64,000 bases of DNA from an uncultured virus (IMG/VR IMGVR_UViG_3300028008_002028) (IMGVR_UViG_3300028008_002028), one strand, 5' to 3'; shown: positions 1-10,195, counted from the stretch's first letter. Notes: generated by a model not told the origin, from the letters alone. Made by a program: numbers and translations.

Positions 1-2457
1 GCAGATGACGATAGCTTTGGTGTAAGACTATTTGGTGACAAAACAGCAGTATCACTTCCAGGTGATGTAGGCGATGTTTACTATTGGGATGACATTGATA
101 GAATGTTAACCAAAACACCAAGCAGTGCAAACGCAGTAAAATTATTCCAAAAAATAGATTCAAATGAAGCACTACTACTAGGTGGTGTTGGCGGTGGTTC
201 CGGCGGTGGCGGAGGCAGCGGTGCCTTTAGTGGCGCATTTAACGACCTTACAAATGTTCCTAGCACACTTGCAGGATATGGAATTACAGACGCAGTATTA
301 ACACCAGCAAATTATACAGATTTAACAAACAAACCAAACATACCAACTGATATAAGTGACTTAACAGATAGCACTAACTTATTAAGCAGTGGCAGTAATT
401 TTGATGGCGACTATAATAGTCTAACAAACAAGCCAGTATTGTTTAGTGGAAACTGGAGTGACATCACAGGCACACCAGCTCTATTCACCGGTAATTACAA
501 CGATCTTTACAACAAGCCTACTATACCACAGGACCTTGGAGATCTCACAAATAACGCAGGATATTTAAAGACTATAACAAGTTCTCACGTTGTTACAGCA
601 TTAGGTTATACACCACAGAATGCCGCAACAGCGTTTGGTGGAAGCTATACAGATTTAACAAACAAGCCAACAGACATAAGTGACTTTACTGACAATAATG
701 GATTACTTGGCGGTGGTGGTGGAGCAACTACAATTGCAGCACTTACTGATGTAGATACATCAGGTGCAACAGCAGGTCAAGTATTAAAGTATGATGGTAC
801 CAAATGGGTAGCGGCTGCAGATGCAACCACAGGCGGCGGCGGAACTGATGCAGACACATTAGATGGATTCAATAGCACATACTTCTTAGATTATGATAAC
901 TTTACAAACACACCAACTATACCAGCAGATATAACAGATTTAACAGATACAACAAGTTTATTAACACATCCAACTTACAACATTACAGATGATACAACTT
1001 TAGAGAATGTTGGACTTGGTGATAGTACATTCTCTAATGTTACATCAGCAACTAGGGGCGTAGCACTAGGTAGGTATGCGTTATGGCAACTGACCGAGGG
1101 TAGTTACAATACTGGTGTTGGTGCCGGTGCATTATATTCAACTACAACGGGCCAATCAAACACAGGAATTGGTACCGGCGCATTAGACCAAAACGTATCA
1201 GGAAATTCCAATACAGCACTTGGTGTAGATGCGGGTGATACGGTAACTGGTTCAGGAAATGTTTTATTAGGATTTGAAGCAGGCAAAACACAAACTGCTA
1301 TTTCAAATAAATTATATATTGCAAATAGTACAACAAATAATTTAATAACAGGTGATTTCAGTGCAGGTACAGTAACATTCAATGATGCATTTACATTCCC
1401 ATCAACAGATGGTACAGCAAATCAAATATTAGAAACAGATGGTGCAGGTAATCTAAGTTGGGTTAATAATTCAGGTGGAGGCGGTGGTGCTACAGCATTA
1501 GGTGGACTAAATGACGTAGTAAGCACAGCACCAACAAACGGTCAAGTTCTTAAATGGGATAGCACAAACAATACATGGGCACCAGCAGATGATGCCACAG
1601 CAGGTATTGGCGGTAGTAGTTATGCAACAGAATCATATGTAGATCAAAAATTAGTAGAACGTGGTATGCACTTTAGCGGTGACTACAACGACTTAACTAA
1701 TGCACCAACATTGTTTAGTGGAAACTTTACAGATCTAAATGGTAAGCCAACTACAATAGCTGGTTATGGAATCACAGATGTTCCAGCAAGTTTAGTAGAC
1801 CTTGCTATACAAGATGGTAATGCTGGACAAGTATTAACAACAGATGGTGCAGGCAACTTTACATTTACAAGTGCAGGTGCTTTCAACGGCGACTATAATT
1901 CACTAATTAACAAGCCTAATTTGTTTAGTGGAGACTATAACGACTTAGCAAACAAGCCATACATTCCAAGTATTGCAGGACTGGCCTCTACTAACTATGT
2001 AGACCAAAAAGCAGATTATGGTGGCAATAAAAACTTCTTAAACAACGTAGAGTTTAGAGATAAAATTAAACAAAAAGCCAGCACAGCAAATACTACAGGT
2101 GAACGTGAAAGCCTTGTAATGGCAATAGAAACAACAGACGATGTTGAAACAGAGGTGCTATTTTCAGACAATACTAAGATAGAAATAGCAGATGGAACTA
2201 CAGCAATGGTAGAAATGCACATTGTTGGTTCAAGTTCTATAGGACAATATGGTGTAAAACTACAAGCAATTGTGCATAGAGCAGGAACAAATGTGTTTAT
2301 TATTGGAAGTCCAGCCAGAGAAACACTGGCAGAATATAGCACATGGACAGCTGATTTAGACGTAAATACTACTAGTTTAAAGGTAACAGTCACAGGATCA
2401 GCGGCTACAACCGTTGATTGGACCGTGTTTACCAACATTTTTTCAGTAATTAGATAA
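1..2457 (+). CDS. Tail fibre / virion structural protein, 5'-truncated by window edge
   Basis: Frame is open from base 1 (ADDDSFGVRL...). Gly/Thr-rich, many F-[SDN]-G-[DSN]-Y-[NT]-[DS]-L-x-N-K-P repeats, GQVLK[YW]D motifs, NTGxGxxAL beta-roll repeats. Confidence 0.75.
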   Translation, partial: ADDDSFGVRLFGDKTAVSLPGDVGDVYYWDDIDRMLTKTPSSANAVKLFQKIDSNEALLLGGVGGGSGGGGGSGAFSGAFNDLTNVPSTLAGYGITDAVLTPANYTDLTNKPNIPTDISDLTDSTNLLSSGSNFDGDYNSLTNKPVLFSGNWSDITGTPALFTGNYNDLYNKPTIPQDLGDLTNNAGYLKTITSSHVVTALGYTPQNAATAFGGSYTDLTNKPTDISDFTDNNGLLGGGGGATTIAALTDVDTSGATAGQVLKYDGTKWVAAADATTGGGGTDADTLDGFNSTYFLDYDNFTNTPTIPADITDLTDTTSLLTHPTYNITDDTTLENVGLGDSTFSNVTSATRGVALGRYALWQLTEGSYNTGVGAGALYSTTTGQSNTGIGTGALDQNVSGNSNTALGVDAGDTVTGSGNVLLGFEAGKTQTAISNKLYIANSTTNNLITGDFSAGTVTFNDAFTFPSTDGTANQILETDGAGNLSWVNNSGGGGGATALGGLNDVVSTAPTNGQVLKWDSTNNTWAPADDATAGIGGSSYATESYVDQKLVERGMHFSGDYNDLTNAPTLFSGNFTDLNGKPTTIAGYGITDVPASLVDLAIQDGNAGQVLTTDGAGNFTFTSAGAFNGDYNSLINKPNLFSGDYNDLANKPYIPSIAGLASTNYVDQKADYGGNKNFLNNVEFRDKIKQKASTANTTGERESLVMAIETTDDVETEVLFSDNTKIEIADGTTAMVEMHIVGSSSIGQYGVKLQAIVHRAGTNVFIIGSPARETLAEYSTWTADLDVNTTSLKVTVTGSAATTVDWTVFTNIFSVIR

Positions 2458-2460
2458 ATA
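2455..2460 (+). promoter_or_regulatory. Putative late promoter TAAATA
   Basis: gaTAAATAc motif recurring upstream of many genes; resembles T4 late promoter TATAAATA. Confidence 0.55.
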
Positions 2461-2510
2461 CATTTAGCACAGTAAAGTGCAGACAACATACATTTTTAGG
2501 AGAAATTAAA

Positions 2511-2813
2511 ATGGCAACAAGAAACCCAGCAAACGTAATTGAATTCGGTAAATTCAACTATGGCGCAACAATGACATCATGGACTGTAACAGCAGACGCT
2601 GACGTATCAGGTGAAGTAAACCCAGGCGAAGAAATGGAAAAAGTAATGGAAACATTAACTCAACATGGAACTTTCGTTGGTTTATCTGATCACGCAACAG
2701 GCGGAACAGTATTCACAGTAGTACTAGAAAACAGCTCATGGGCAGACGCAGCAGCAGTTCAAACAGCTCTTAGAGCACTTGGCGGTAACTTTGCATCGGC
2801 AACAGTAGCGTAA
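2511..2813 (+). CDS. Hypothetical protein, possibly virion structural
   Basis: Strong SD (AGGAG), preceded by TAAATA, followed by terminator. Confidence 0.6.
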   Translation: MATRNPANVIEFGKFNYGATMTSWTVTADADVSGEVNPGEEMEKVMETLTQHGTFVGLSDHATGGTVFTVVLENSSWADAAAVQTALRALGGNFASATVA

Positions 2814-2836
2814 GTAACACAAGTTATTATTATAAG

Positions 2837-2863
2837 AAACCCAGTTTTAGGACTGGGTTTTTT
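2837..2863 (+). terminator. Rho-independent terminator
   Basis: AAACCCAGT-tttagg-ACTGGGTTT followed by T-run. Confidence 0.85.
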
Positions 2864-2914
2864 CTTGACTAAATTAAATACGTCATAAATACATATATAA
2901 CAACGGAGTGAGAA

Positions 2915-3235
2915 ATGGCAACAAAACGTAAATACAATAATCCATTACACGATATTAACAATGATGGCAAATTAAGCAAATGGGAAATATTTCCATATTG
3001 GTTTGATAAGTTACGTGTGTTTCCACGTGCATTTATTAGTATCTACATTTATATGTTTTACAACGTTGTAGAATGGTTTATGGCACTACCAGAGCCAAAC
3101 AATGCACAAGCAGGACTTGTGAGTATTGTTGTTGGTGCAGGTGCAGCTTGGTTTGGACTCTATGTAAATAGTGGAAGCAAGACAATTGTAAAACCAGCTA
3201 GCCCAAGAGATTACGAAGATGAAGAGGATTACTAA
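2915..3235 (+). CDS. Small membrane protein (2 TM, possibly holin-like)
   Basis: Two hydrophobic segments, acidic C-tail; SD GGAG; TAAATA at 2886. Confidence 0.55.
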   Translation: MATKRKYNNPLHDINNDGKLSKWEIFPYWFDKLRVFPRAFISIYIYMFYNVVEWFMALPEPNNAQAGLVSIVVGAGAAWFGLYVNSGSKTIVKPASPRDYEDEEDY

Positions 3236-3237
3236 TA

Positions 3238-3435
3238 ATGATTAAGAATTTAAAAGATTTAATAGTTGTAGCACTAGTAATTGGAGTATTAGCATTGCTA
3301 GGTGTTATTATTGTAGGTGACTACTATGTAGCATTACAAGAAAACAGACCAGTAGACGAAAGTGTTATTACATTAATGAAGATGGCACTTACAGGACTAA
3401 TAGGTATTATTGCAGGATACATAGGAAGTAAATAA
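3238..3435 (+). CDS. Small 2-TM membrane protein
   Basis: Two hydrophobic helices; coupled to neighbours. Confidence 0.6.
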   Translation: MIKNLKDLIVVALVIGVLALLGVIIVGDYYVALQENRPVDESVITLMKMALTGLIGIIAGYIGSK

Positions 3436-3977
3436 TGTTTCAACATCACATCATATTAGCAACACCAGAAATGTTAGAATCAGAACTTGTTCACAAGTGG
3501 TATGATTTTGTAAAAACTTATGGACCAGAAGGAATTGTATCTCCGTATACAACCGTTGATGGTGATGTTGCAATAGAATATGGAGTGCGTGAAAGCGACA
3601 TGCCACATTGTTATATTATTCCACTACATAGAGATTTAACTACAGACGAAACACAGTTTATTGTAGCAACTTGGGAACACGTATACCCAGGAGATTTTGA
3701 TATTGAAATCTCAAACCAGTATGATGTTTCACGTAGTTATGAATATGACATCAATGAAGAATTTGAAACTCGTGCAAGACACGATATGAAAAAATGGCAT
3801 CATAACCGTTGGGTTACAGAAATGTCACATACTGGCTGGAGTTGGGGGACTTCATTTAGTGAATCAAAGAAAACACACCCAGCATTGCGTGATTGGGATA
3901 GCCTTCCAGAATCACATAGACGCAGTCCAAATTTCGATCAAAAAGAAATTACTGAATGGCTACGCAACCTAATTTAG
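3435..3977 (+). CDS. RyR-domain protein
   Basis: C-terminal HNRW...GWSWG...KKTHPALRDWDSLP matches the RyR repeat pattern. Confidence 0.7.
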   Translation: MFQHHIILATPEMLESELVHKWYDFVKTYGPEGIVSPYTTVDGDVAIEYGVRESDMPHCYIIPLHRDLTTDETQFIVATWEHVYPGDFDIEISNQYDVSRSYEYDINEEFETRARHDMKKWHHNRWVTEMSHTGWSWGTSFSESKKTHPALRDWDSLPESHRRSPNFDQKEITEWLRNLI

Positions 3978-3978
3978 G

Positions 3979-4007
3979 TTGACACCTTACCCACATTATT
4001 ATATAAT
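3979..4007 (+). promoter_or_regulatory. Sigma70-type promoter
   Basis: TTGACA-N17-TATAAT upstream of pepA. Confidence 0.85.
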
Positions 4008-4036
4008 AAAGACTATTAACCTATAGGAGACTCTGA

Positions 4037-5380
4037 ATGAGCAAAGCACTAGTACTTCTTTCTAGCAATAAGAATGAAGTTAAAAAGTTAGGTCTGGCAA
4101 AACACGCAGCACTAATTGACAAAGACGTAGATGTTGCATTTGCAAACAAAGACTACGATTACATTACACTAATTAATAAAGCACCAACCACACCACAAGA
4201 AGCACGTGATATTGGTGGGAATATGTTTAAGAAGTATAAATCAAAAGCAACAGAAATTGTTTTTAATCTTCCTAGATTAAATGATGTTAAAGAAGGTGCG
4301 GCATTGGCATCATATGAATTTACCAAATATAAAACAAAGCCTGAAGAAAACACACTACAAGTAGAAGATGCAGGCATTAGTGCAAGTGTTCATTTTGCAC
4401 GTGACTTAGTTACAGAACCAGGCAATGCATTATATCCTGAAGAATATGCACACCGTATTAATGAAACACTCACACCACATGGTGTTAGAGTGCGTGTAAT
4501 TTATCAGCGTGAACTAGAACGTATCGGCATGGATATGTTGTTAAGCGTAGGACAAGGTAGTGAAAATAACAGTGCCGTTGTTGTAATGGAATGGATGCAT
4601 GGACCTAAAGATGAGAAGCCAATTGCACTAGTAGGTAAAGGTGTTACATTTGACACAGGTGGTATTAGTTTAAAGCCCGGTCGTAACATGGGCGATATGA
4701 AATATGACATGGGCGGTAGTGCCGCAGTTGTAGGAGCCATGCATGCTATTGCTGATAAAAAACTAAAGAAAAACGTAGTTGGTATTGTAGGTCTAGTAGA
4801 GAATATGCCAGACGGTAAAGCAATCAAGCCAGGTGATGTTGTTAGATCATTAAGTGGACAATATGTTGAAAACTTAAACACAGATGCAGAAGGTAGACTT
4901 GTGCTAGGTGACATTCTAACATATGTGCAAAGCGAATACAATCCAGGTGCTATTATTGATCTTGCTACACTAACAGGAGCCATTGTTGCAACACTAGGCA
5001 ACGAAATGGCAGGACTGTTTACTAACAGTGGCTCTTTAGAACAAACAATTGTTGATAATGGCGAACTAGCTGGAGAAGGTTTTTATCGTATGCCAATGGG
5101 CAAGAATTGGGCTAAGATGATTGACAGTGAAATTGCAGACTTTCAAAACATTGGTGGACCATATGGCGGTTCAACTACTGCCGCAGAGTTCTTATACAAG
5201 TTTGTAGACAAGAAAACAGCGTGGGCTCATTTAGACATTGCAGGTATGTGTTGGTCTAAAAGTGGAAATGCAACAACACCAAAAGGTGCAGTTGGGTTTG
5301 GCGTAAAAACATTATTCAATGTTGTAGACAACACAGATAGTTTTCAATGGTTTGCAGTTGAAGAAAAGATGAGCTACTAA
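4037..5380 (+). CDS. pepA: Leucyl aminopeptidase (M17), shortened N-terminal domain
   Basis: VGKGVTFDTGGISLKP, MKYDMGG, NTDAEGRL, DLATLTGA, HLDIAG motifs. Confidence 0.95.
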   Translation: MSKALVLLSSNKNEVKKLGLAKHAALIDKDVDVAFANKDYDYITLINKAPTTPQEARDIGGNMFKKYKSKATEIVFNLPRLNDVKEGAALASYEFTKYKTKPEENTLQVEDAGISASVHFARDLVTEPGNALYPEEYAHRINETLTPHGVRVRVIYQRELERIGMDMLLSVGQGSENNSAVVVMEWMHGPKDEKPIALVGKGVTFDTGGISLKPGRNMGDMKYDMGGSAAVVGAMHAIADKKLKKNVVGIVGLVENMPDGKAIKPGDVVRSLSGQYVENLNTDAEGRLVLGDILTYVQSEYNPGAIIDLATLTGAIVATLGNEMAGLFTNSGSLEQTIVDNGELAGEGFYRMPMGKNWAKMIDSEIADFQNIGGPYGGSTTAAEFLYKFVDKKTAWAHLDIAGMCWSKSGNATTPKGAVGFGVKTLFNVVDNTDSFQWFAVEEKMSY

Positions 5381-5382
5381 TA

Positions 5383-6099
5383 TTGCAAAACTTATTTACA
5401 TTTGGTTGTAGTCATACATTTGGAATGTGCTTACCGGACAGAGGCGCTAGTGATCTACTAATGGTTAAAAATTCAAGCCGTGATTTGCTTCCAAAAGATT
5501 ATACTGATATTAACACATTACACGGTAGTAAATATGCCTGGGGGCAACTGTTAGCAGATAAACTATCTATGAATTGTGTTAACCGAGGTGTAATTGGCGC
5601 TGGTGTCAAAGAAACACTTTGGCACTTTGATCAAACACTATCTGTAATTAAACCAAGTGACATTGTATGTTTTCTTTGGCCGTATGCATATAGATATAAT
5701 TTACTAACGTCAAACAAAGGGGATACTGAAGTATGGGATCACAGAGAGATCAATATAATAGATGGTAGAAGATGGTTTAATGATATGAGTAGCGATGCTT
5801 GGCATAAAATATTTGATCCATATGATGCAGGATTTACTAACCATGTATATATCCAATATGTGCATCTATTACTTAAAGAAATGAATATACAAAGTTATCA
5901 TATGTTTTGTGATGATCATATTGAGATACCAGCTTTCTATACAGATGTAAATATAATTACTGATACACATTTTAATAAAGTTAGAGATCAAAATGATATG
6001 ACTGGCGTCGAAGATGATGAACATGGTGGAGTAGAAACACACAACGCAATAGCAATTCTTTTTCACCAATTAATAACCCGTGTTGGCGCTAACGATTAG
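5383..6099 (+). CDS. SGNH/GDSL-like protein
   Basis: FGCSHTFG, NRGVIGAG, C-terminal DDEH; TTG start. Confidence 0.55.
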   Translation: MQNLFTFGCSHTFGMCLPDRGASDLLMVKNSSRDLLPKDYTDINTLHGSKYAWGQLLADKLSMNCVNRGVIGAGVKETLWHFDQTLSVIKPSDIVCFLWPYAYRYNLLTSNKGDTEVWDHREINIIDGRRWFNDMSSDAWHKIFDPYDAGFTNHVYIQYVHLLLKEMNIQSYHMFCDDHIEIPAFYTDVNIITDTHFNKVRDQNDMTGVEDDEHGGVETHNAIAILFHQLITRVGAND

Positions 6100-6119
6100 C
6101 ATACTATGTAAATACATAT

Positions 6120-6311
6120 ATGTCACATAAAGAAGCATACAGATTATTTTGGATGGTTAAAGGACATTTCAACACAACTGAATCAACAGTGTTGTCGTGT
6201 GCCGAAGGATACTTTAAACGTGTATGGCGAGCAGGTTGTGACGGGGCACCATTAACAGAATGGGAAGAAGGCTTTGAAGTAGCATATAAAGAAAAATTTA
6301 ATCTAAAATAA
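6120..6311 (+). CDS. Hypothetical protein, probably leaderless
   Basis: TAAATA-N5-ATG; followed by terminator. Confidence 0.65.
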   Translation: MSHKEAYRLFWMVKGHFNTTESTVLSCAEGYFKRVWRAGCDGAPLTEWEEGFEVAYKEKFNLK

Positions 6312-6327
6312 AATCAAACTATTTTAC

Positions 6328-6353
6328 AAACCCTTGTTTTGCAAGGGTTTTTT
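6328..6353 (+). terminator. Rho-independent terminator
   Basis: AAACCCTTG-ttttg-CAAGGGTTT followed by T-run. Confidence 0.85.
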
Positions 6354-6367
6354 CTTTACGAATTCGG

Positions 6368-6396
6368 TTGACAACCAAGACATCTTACTGTATAGT
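6368..6396 (+). promoter_or_regulatory. Early sigma70 promoter with AAGACATCTT operator-like palindrome (copy 1)
   Basis: TTGACA-accAAGACATCTTactg-TATAGT. Confidence 0.9.
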
Positions 6397-6431
6397 ATTA
6401 GTATAAGTTAGTTAAACAGAAAGATTACAAC

Positions 6432-6674
6432 ATGTCAAATTATGCAACATTACAAGAATCAATTAACACTGCAACTTTTAACTCAGAAAACTGGAATGCT
6501 GATGGTAGCATTAACTGGAGTTTTGTTGACGCAGATGCGTTTGATGAGTGTAATAAATTGTTTGACGGAACAGCATTGTTTTACGAAGCATTTGATGAAA
6601 TCGTAACAAATATGCGTAATGAAATGCGTGAAGAAGCGGTATCAGAAGCACGTTTTGAAATGGCAATATCTTAA
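6432..6674 (+). CDS. Hypothetical early protein
   Basis: ORF directly after promoter copy 1. Confidence 0.7.
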   Translation: MSNYATLQESINTATFNSENWNADGSINWSFVDADAFDECNKLFDGTALFYEAFDEIVTNMRNEMREEAVSEARFEMAIS

Positions 6675-6682
6675 TAAAAAGG

Positions 6683-6711
6683 TTGACAACCAAGACATCT
6701 TACTGTATACT
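6683..6711 (+). promoter_or_regulatory. Early sigma70 promoter with AAGACATCTT palindrome (copy 2)
   Basis: TTGACA-accAAGACATCTTactg-TATACT. Confidence 0.9.
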
Positions 6712-6743
6712 ATAAGTATATAAACAATAAAGGAATGAACAAT

Positions 6744-7163
6744 ATGGCATATGTATCACAAGAAATGAAAAAAGCACTTACACCAGCTATTAAGGCAGTA
6801 TTAAAAAAGCACCGTGTTAAGGCATCAATTAGTGTTAACAATCATTCAACACTATGTGTAAACATCAAAGAAGGTGCTATTGACTTTATTGGTGAACAGA
6901 ATAAAAAGAATATGGAAACTTGTCGTCAACGAGGTGTGCCGTTTGTAGAAAGCGATGGTTATATTCAAGTTAATGAATACTACCCAGAAACATACGGTGA
7001 TGGAGCAGACTTTTTAGTAGAACTAGTAGATGCTATGAAAGGTCCAGATTACTTTAACAATGATGATGCAATGACTGATTACTTCCATCGTTCACATTAT
7101 ACTAGCATTAATGTTGGTAAGTGGAACAAGCCATATGTTTATAACGCATTTGTAGGACTTTAA
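6744..7163 (+). CDS. Hypothetical early protein
   Basis: ORF after promoter copy 2; start moved to ATG 6744 on SD spacing. Confidence 0.7.
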   Translation: MAYVSQEMKKALTPAIKAVLKKHRVKASISVNNHSTLCVNIKEGAIDFIGEQNKKNMETCRQRGVPFVESDGYIQVNEYYPETYGDGADFLVELVDAMKGPDYFNNDDAMTDYFHRSHYTSINVGKWNKPYVYNAFVGL

Positions 7164-7164
7164 T

Positions 7165-7548
7165 ATGAAAAAATTTATAATCTTAGCAAGTTTAATCTTA
7201 TCAACAGGATCAGCTTTTGCTGATGTATTTTGTATGACCAGTGATGCAAGTGTATATGTTGATGGACAAGAAGATATGTTTGAAAGTGCAAGCATGAAAT
7301 CAAAAGGGGTTAATGCAGGAATGTTTGACCTTGTATTTGATGATCCTAAGTATACAATTATAAAAGATAATGATTGGCAATGGGTAGGCACTTACGATAA
7401 AGGAAACGCTGATTTCTCAACTAGTGTTCTTTCAACAATGGATTGGGCTACAATGACATATACTAAAGTAATAATGGCCTATACTGCAGAAGATGGTGGC
7501 CATACTCAACATATGTTGATAGTTAACAAATGTAAGGGAACAAGATAA
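7165..7548 (+). CDS. Secreted hypothetical protein
   Basis: Signal peptide MKKFIILASLILSTGSAFA. Confidence 0.65.
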   Translation: MKKFIILASLILSTGSAFADVFCMTSDASVYVDGQEDMFESASMKSKGVNAGMFDLVFDDPKYTIIKDNDWQWVGTYDKGNADFSTSVLSTMDWATMTYTKVIMAYTAEDGGHTQHMLIVNKCKGTR

Positions 7549-7803
7549 ATGGCAAATAAAGATCAACTATTCCTAGAAGCCTGTTTTTATATTAAAATGG
7601 GCGTTCTAGTTGATGTAGAAGATGCAAGTTGGATGGCTGATTCAGTATGCATTGGCGACTTCCGTGACTTAGGTTGGAGCAAAAGAGTAGCAACTCGTGA
7701 TAGTTTGTATTACGAATGGAATGGACCAGGCTCTATTAGAGTTAGCGGTCGTATAATTAACCCAGGCGAATCCACAGAAGAAATTGAAATGGATTGGTCA
7801 TAA
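7549..7803 (+). CDS. Hypothetical protein
   Basis: Abuts previous stop codon. Confidence 0.6.
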   Translation: MANKDQLFLEACFYIKMGVLVDVEDASWMADSVCIGDFRDLGWSKRVATRDSLYYEWNGPGSIRVSGRIINPGESTEEIEMDWS

Positions 7804-7813
7804 TAGGAGATAT

Positions 7814-7993
7814 ATGAAAAATTTAATGATAGGATTTTTAATAACAGCGGTAATAATTTTAGTATTCATTCTAAGTATTGAAACAGGTAAGTTAGATAGA
7901 GCAATGCAAGATATAGAAGCACATAAACTAGCAATGGTCTATGCAAATAACGCCATTCATACGTTTGCAGATCCTGTTTTTTCTTCAAAATAA
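7814..7993 (+). CDS. Small single-TM protein
   Basis: SD AGGAG before ATG 7814; N-terminal hydrophobic helix. Confidence 0.55.
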   Translation: MKNLMIGFLITAVIILVFILSIETGKLDRAMQDIEAHKLAMVYANNAIHTFADPVFSSK

Positions 7994-8006
7994 TTCAAAT
8001 AAAAGG

Positions 8007-8035
8007 TTGACAACCAAGACATCTTACTGTATACT
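8007..8035 (+). promoter_or_regulatory. Early sigma70 promoter with AAGACATCTT palindrome (copy 3)
   Basis: TTGACA-N17-TATACT; 7995-8056 is identical to 61751-61812. Confidence 0.9.
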
Positions 8036-8068
8036 ATAAGTATAGTTAATAAAAAAAGGAAGCCAAAA

Positions 8069-8308
8069 ATGTTTAGAATCCCTAGTTTTTACCAAGACAA
8101 TCCAACTTTTGAAGATGCATGGAAAACAATCGCTTTTTGCGGTGACAATGATGCATTAGCAGGTATGGAATTTATGAACCGTAAATGGGAAGAGCATTGT
8201 TCATCAGAAGATGATGATGATACATTTTTTGAGAATTGGTCATACGAAGCAAATGCTTATAACGTAGTGTTTGCAAATATGAATAAACTTTTTGGAGAAG
8301 CAGCATAA
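8069..8308 (+). CDS. Hypothetical acidic early protein
   Basis: ORF after promoter copy 3, overlaps ligase start (TAATG). Confidence 0.7.
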   Translation: MFRIPSFYQDNPTFEDAWKTIAFCGDNDALAGMEFMNRKWEEHCSSEDDDDTFFENWSYEANAYNVVFANMNKLFGEAA

Positions 8309-9417
8309 TGGAAAATATAGTATCGTTACCAACACTTTTTAAACGTGACACAAAAGGTAAAGTTCGTGAATGGACAGTGCAATACAGTTTAGATGATGAA
8401 GCTGGCACACGAACTATTAGTGGACTAGTCGACGGGCAAAAAGTAACCAGCAATTGGAATATCAGTATTGCTAAAAACGTTGGACGTGCTAATGCTACTA
8501 CTTCTCAAACACAAGCCAAAAGTGAAGCAGAATCACTTTGGGCTATCAACGAAGAAAAAGAATACTTCGAAGACGTAAGCAAGATTGATACGTATGAAAA
8601 GTTTAAGCCAATGCTTGCACATGATTATACCAAGCGTCCACAAGACTCAGGCTACAGTCAACCTAAACTAGATGGTATTCGTTGTGTCGCAGATGCTAAC
8701 GGACTATGGACACGCAGTGGTAAAGCTATTACAAGTTGTCCACATATTTGGGAGGCTATTGAACCTTTTATCAAAGCACATCCAGGTATTGTTGTAGACG
8801 GCGAACTTTACAATCATGAACTAAAAGCAGACTTTAACAAAATTACAAGTCTTGTTCGTAAAGCAAAAAGCACACCAGCAGACATTGAAGAGTCTGCAAA
8901 ACTTGTGCAATATCATGTTTACGATTGCTATATTAAAGACGCAGTATTTACAGAACGTAATGCACTACTAAAGGCTCTTGGGGCAGTAGCAAGCGGTTAT
9001 ATACAGTATGTAGAAACTCGTTATTGTGCTACACAAGAAGATTTAGATGCATTGTATAGCGAATACACAGAACAAGGTTACGAAGGTCAAATGGTGCGTA
9101 ACGATACACCATATGAATGTAAGCGTAGCAAAAACCTATTAAAGCGTAAAGAATTTATTACAGAAGAATTTTCAGTAGTAGATGTAATCGAAGGCAGTGG
9201 TGCATGGGCCGGATATGCAAAGCGTTTTATACTCTCACTTCCAGACGGACGTGAATTTGGATCAGGTGTGCGTGGCAACCAAGCACAGTTGAAAGCACTA
9301 CTAGAATCTACAGAAAAGCCTACTTGGGTTACATGCAGATTCTTTGAACTTACACCAGACGGTGTTCCACGTTTTCCAGTTGTTATTGACTACGGCACAG
9401 GTACAAGAGACGATTAA
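8308..9417 (+). CDS. lig: ATP-dependent DNA ligase
   Basis: KPMLA, QPKLDGIR (adenylated Lys), DGELY, YEGQMVR, LLKRK, PRFP motifs. Confidence 0.95.
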   Translation: MENIVSLPTLFKRDTKGKVREWTVQYSLDDEAGTRTISGLVDGQKVTSNWNISIAKNVGRANATTSQTQAKSEAESLWAINEEKEYFEDVSKIDTYEKFKPMLAHDYTKRPQDSGYSQPKLDGIRCVADANGLWTRSGKAITSCPHIWEAIEPFIKAHPGIVVDGELYNHELKADFNKITSLVRKAKSTPADIEESAKLVQYHVYDCYIKDAVFTERNALLKALGAVASGYIQYVETRYCATQEDLDALYSEYTEQGYEGQMVRNDTPYECKRSKNLLKRKEFITEEFSVVDVIEGSGAWAGYAKRFILSLPDGREFGSGVRGNQAQLKALLESTEKPTWVTCRFFELTPDGVPRFPVVIDYGTGTRDD

Positions 9418-9438
9418 ATTTCGCTGCTAAATAGTAGT

Positions 9439-10194
9439 ATGGCAAAGATATTACTATTAGGCAGTAGCTACAGTACCGGTAGTTACGTTCTCGACAGCAA
9501 TGGCGATGAGCATTGGAAATCACACGTATCATATTATGATGTATTAGGCGACGAACATGAAGTTGACGTCTATTGCGGACCAAATTTTGGTTATATGAAT
9601 TACGTAGATATACTTTGTAATCACATACCAATGATACCTGCTTATGATTTAGTCATCATACAAGAATGTTTAGAACCTAAAATTCAATTCCACCAACCTG
9701 ATCAAGTATGGTTAACTAGAAAGAGAGGTACTGTAACTAAAAATTATCTTTCACACAGAAGTATTATATTTTCTAATGCAGTAGACCTGTCAGAAACTCT
9801 ACCAGGAGATCATGGGGTTGCATATAACTCAAATTTTATTACTTGGAAAGAAAAAATAATAACAGCAGGACAACAGGCTATGATACCACAGTCAGCATGT
9901 ATGATGTTAAACCATACATTACAGACTTCATGCGTTCCTGCCTATATACTATGCATGGGAACCGAACAGAACCATGGTGATAAAGATCAGCTTAGTAAAT
10001 GGAATAGCCATAGTAAATATCTAGAGATGCCAACGTTTGCACAATTTGGATTTGATATATTTAAAAAGGATTCAACCTATGTAAACTTTAGGACTGGAAT
10101 GGAGCATATGGCTCATTTTACTAAAGCAGGAAATTATGAAATAGGTAAAGTATTACTTGATGAAATACGAAACTTGAACATTAAGGGGAAATAA
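9439..10194 (+). CDS. SGNH/GDSL-like protein, probably leaderless
   Basis: LLGSSYSTG near N-terminus, HFTKAGN near C-terminus; TAAATA-N5-ATG. Confidence 0.45.
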   Translation: MAKILLLGSSYSTGSYVLDSNGDEHWKSHVSYYDVLGDEHEVDVYCGPNFGYMNYVDILCNHIPMIPAYDLVIIQECLEPKIQFHQPDQVWLTRKRGTVTKNYLSHRSIIFSNAVDLSETLPGDHGVAYNSNFITWKEKIITAGQQAMIPQSACMMLNHTLQTSCVPAYILCMGTEQNHGDKDQLSKWNSHSKYLEMPTFAQFGFDIFKKDSTYVNFRTGMEHMAHFTKAGNYEIGKVLLDEIRNLNIKGK

Positions 10195-10195
10195 A

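Noticed and set aside
6368..8056. Repeated ~40-60 bp sequence as a CRISPR array
   Set aside because: Copies are separated by whole genes at irregular distances and each is a -35/-10 promoter; no cas genes seen
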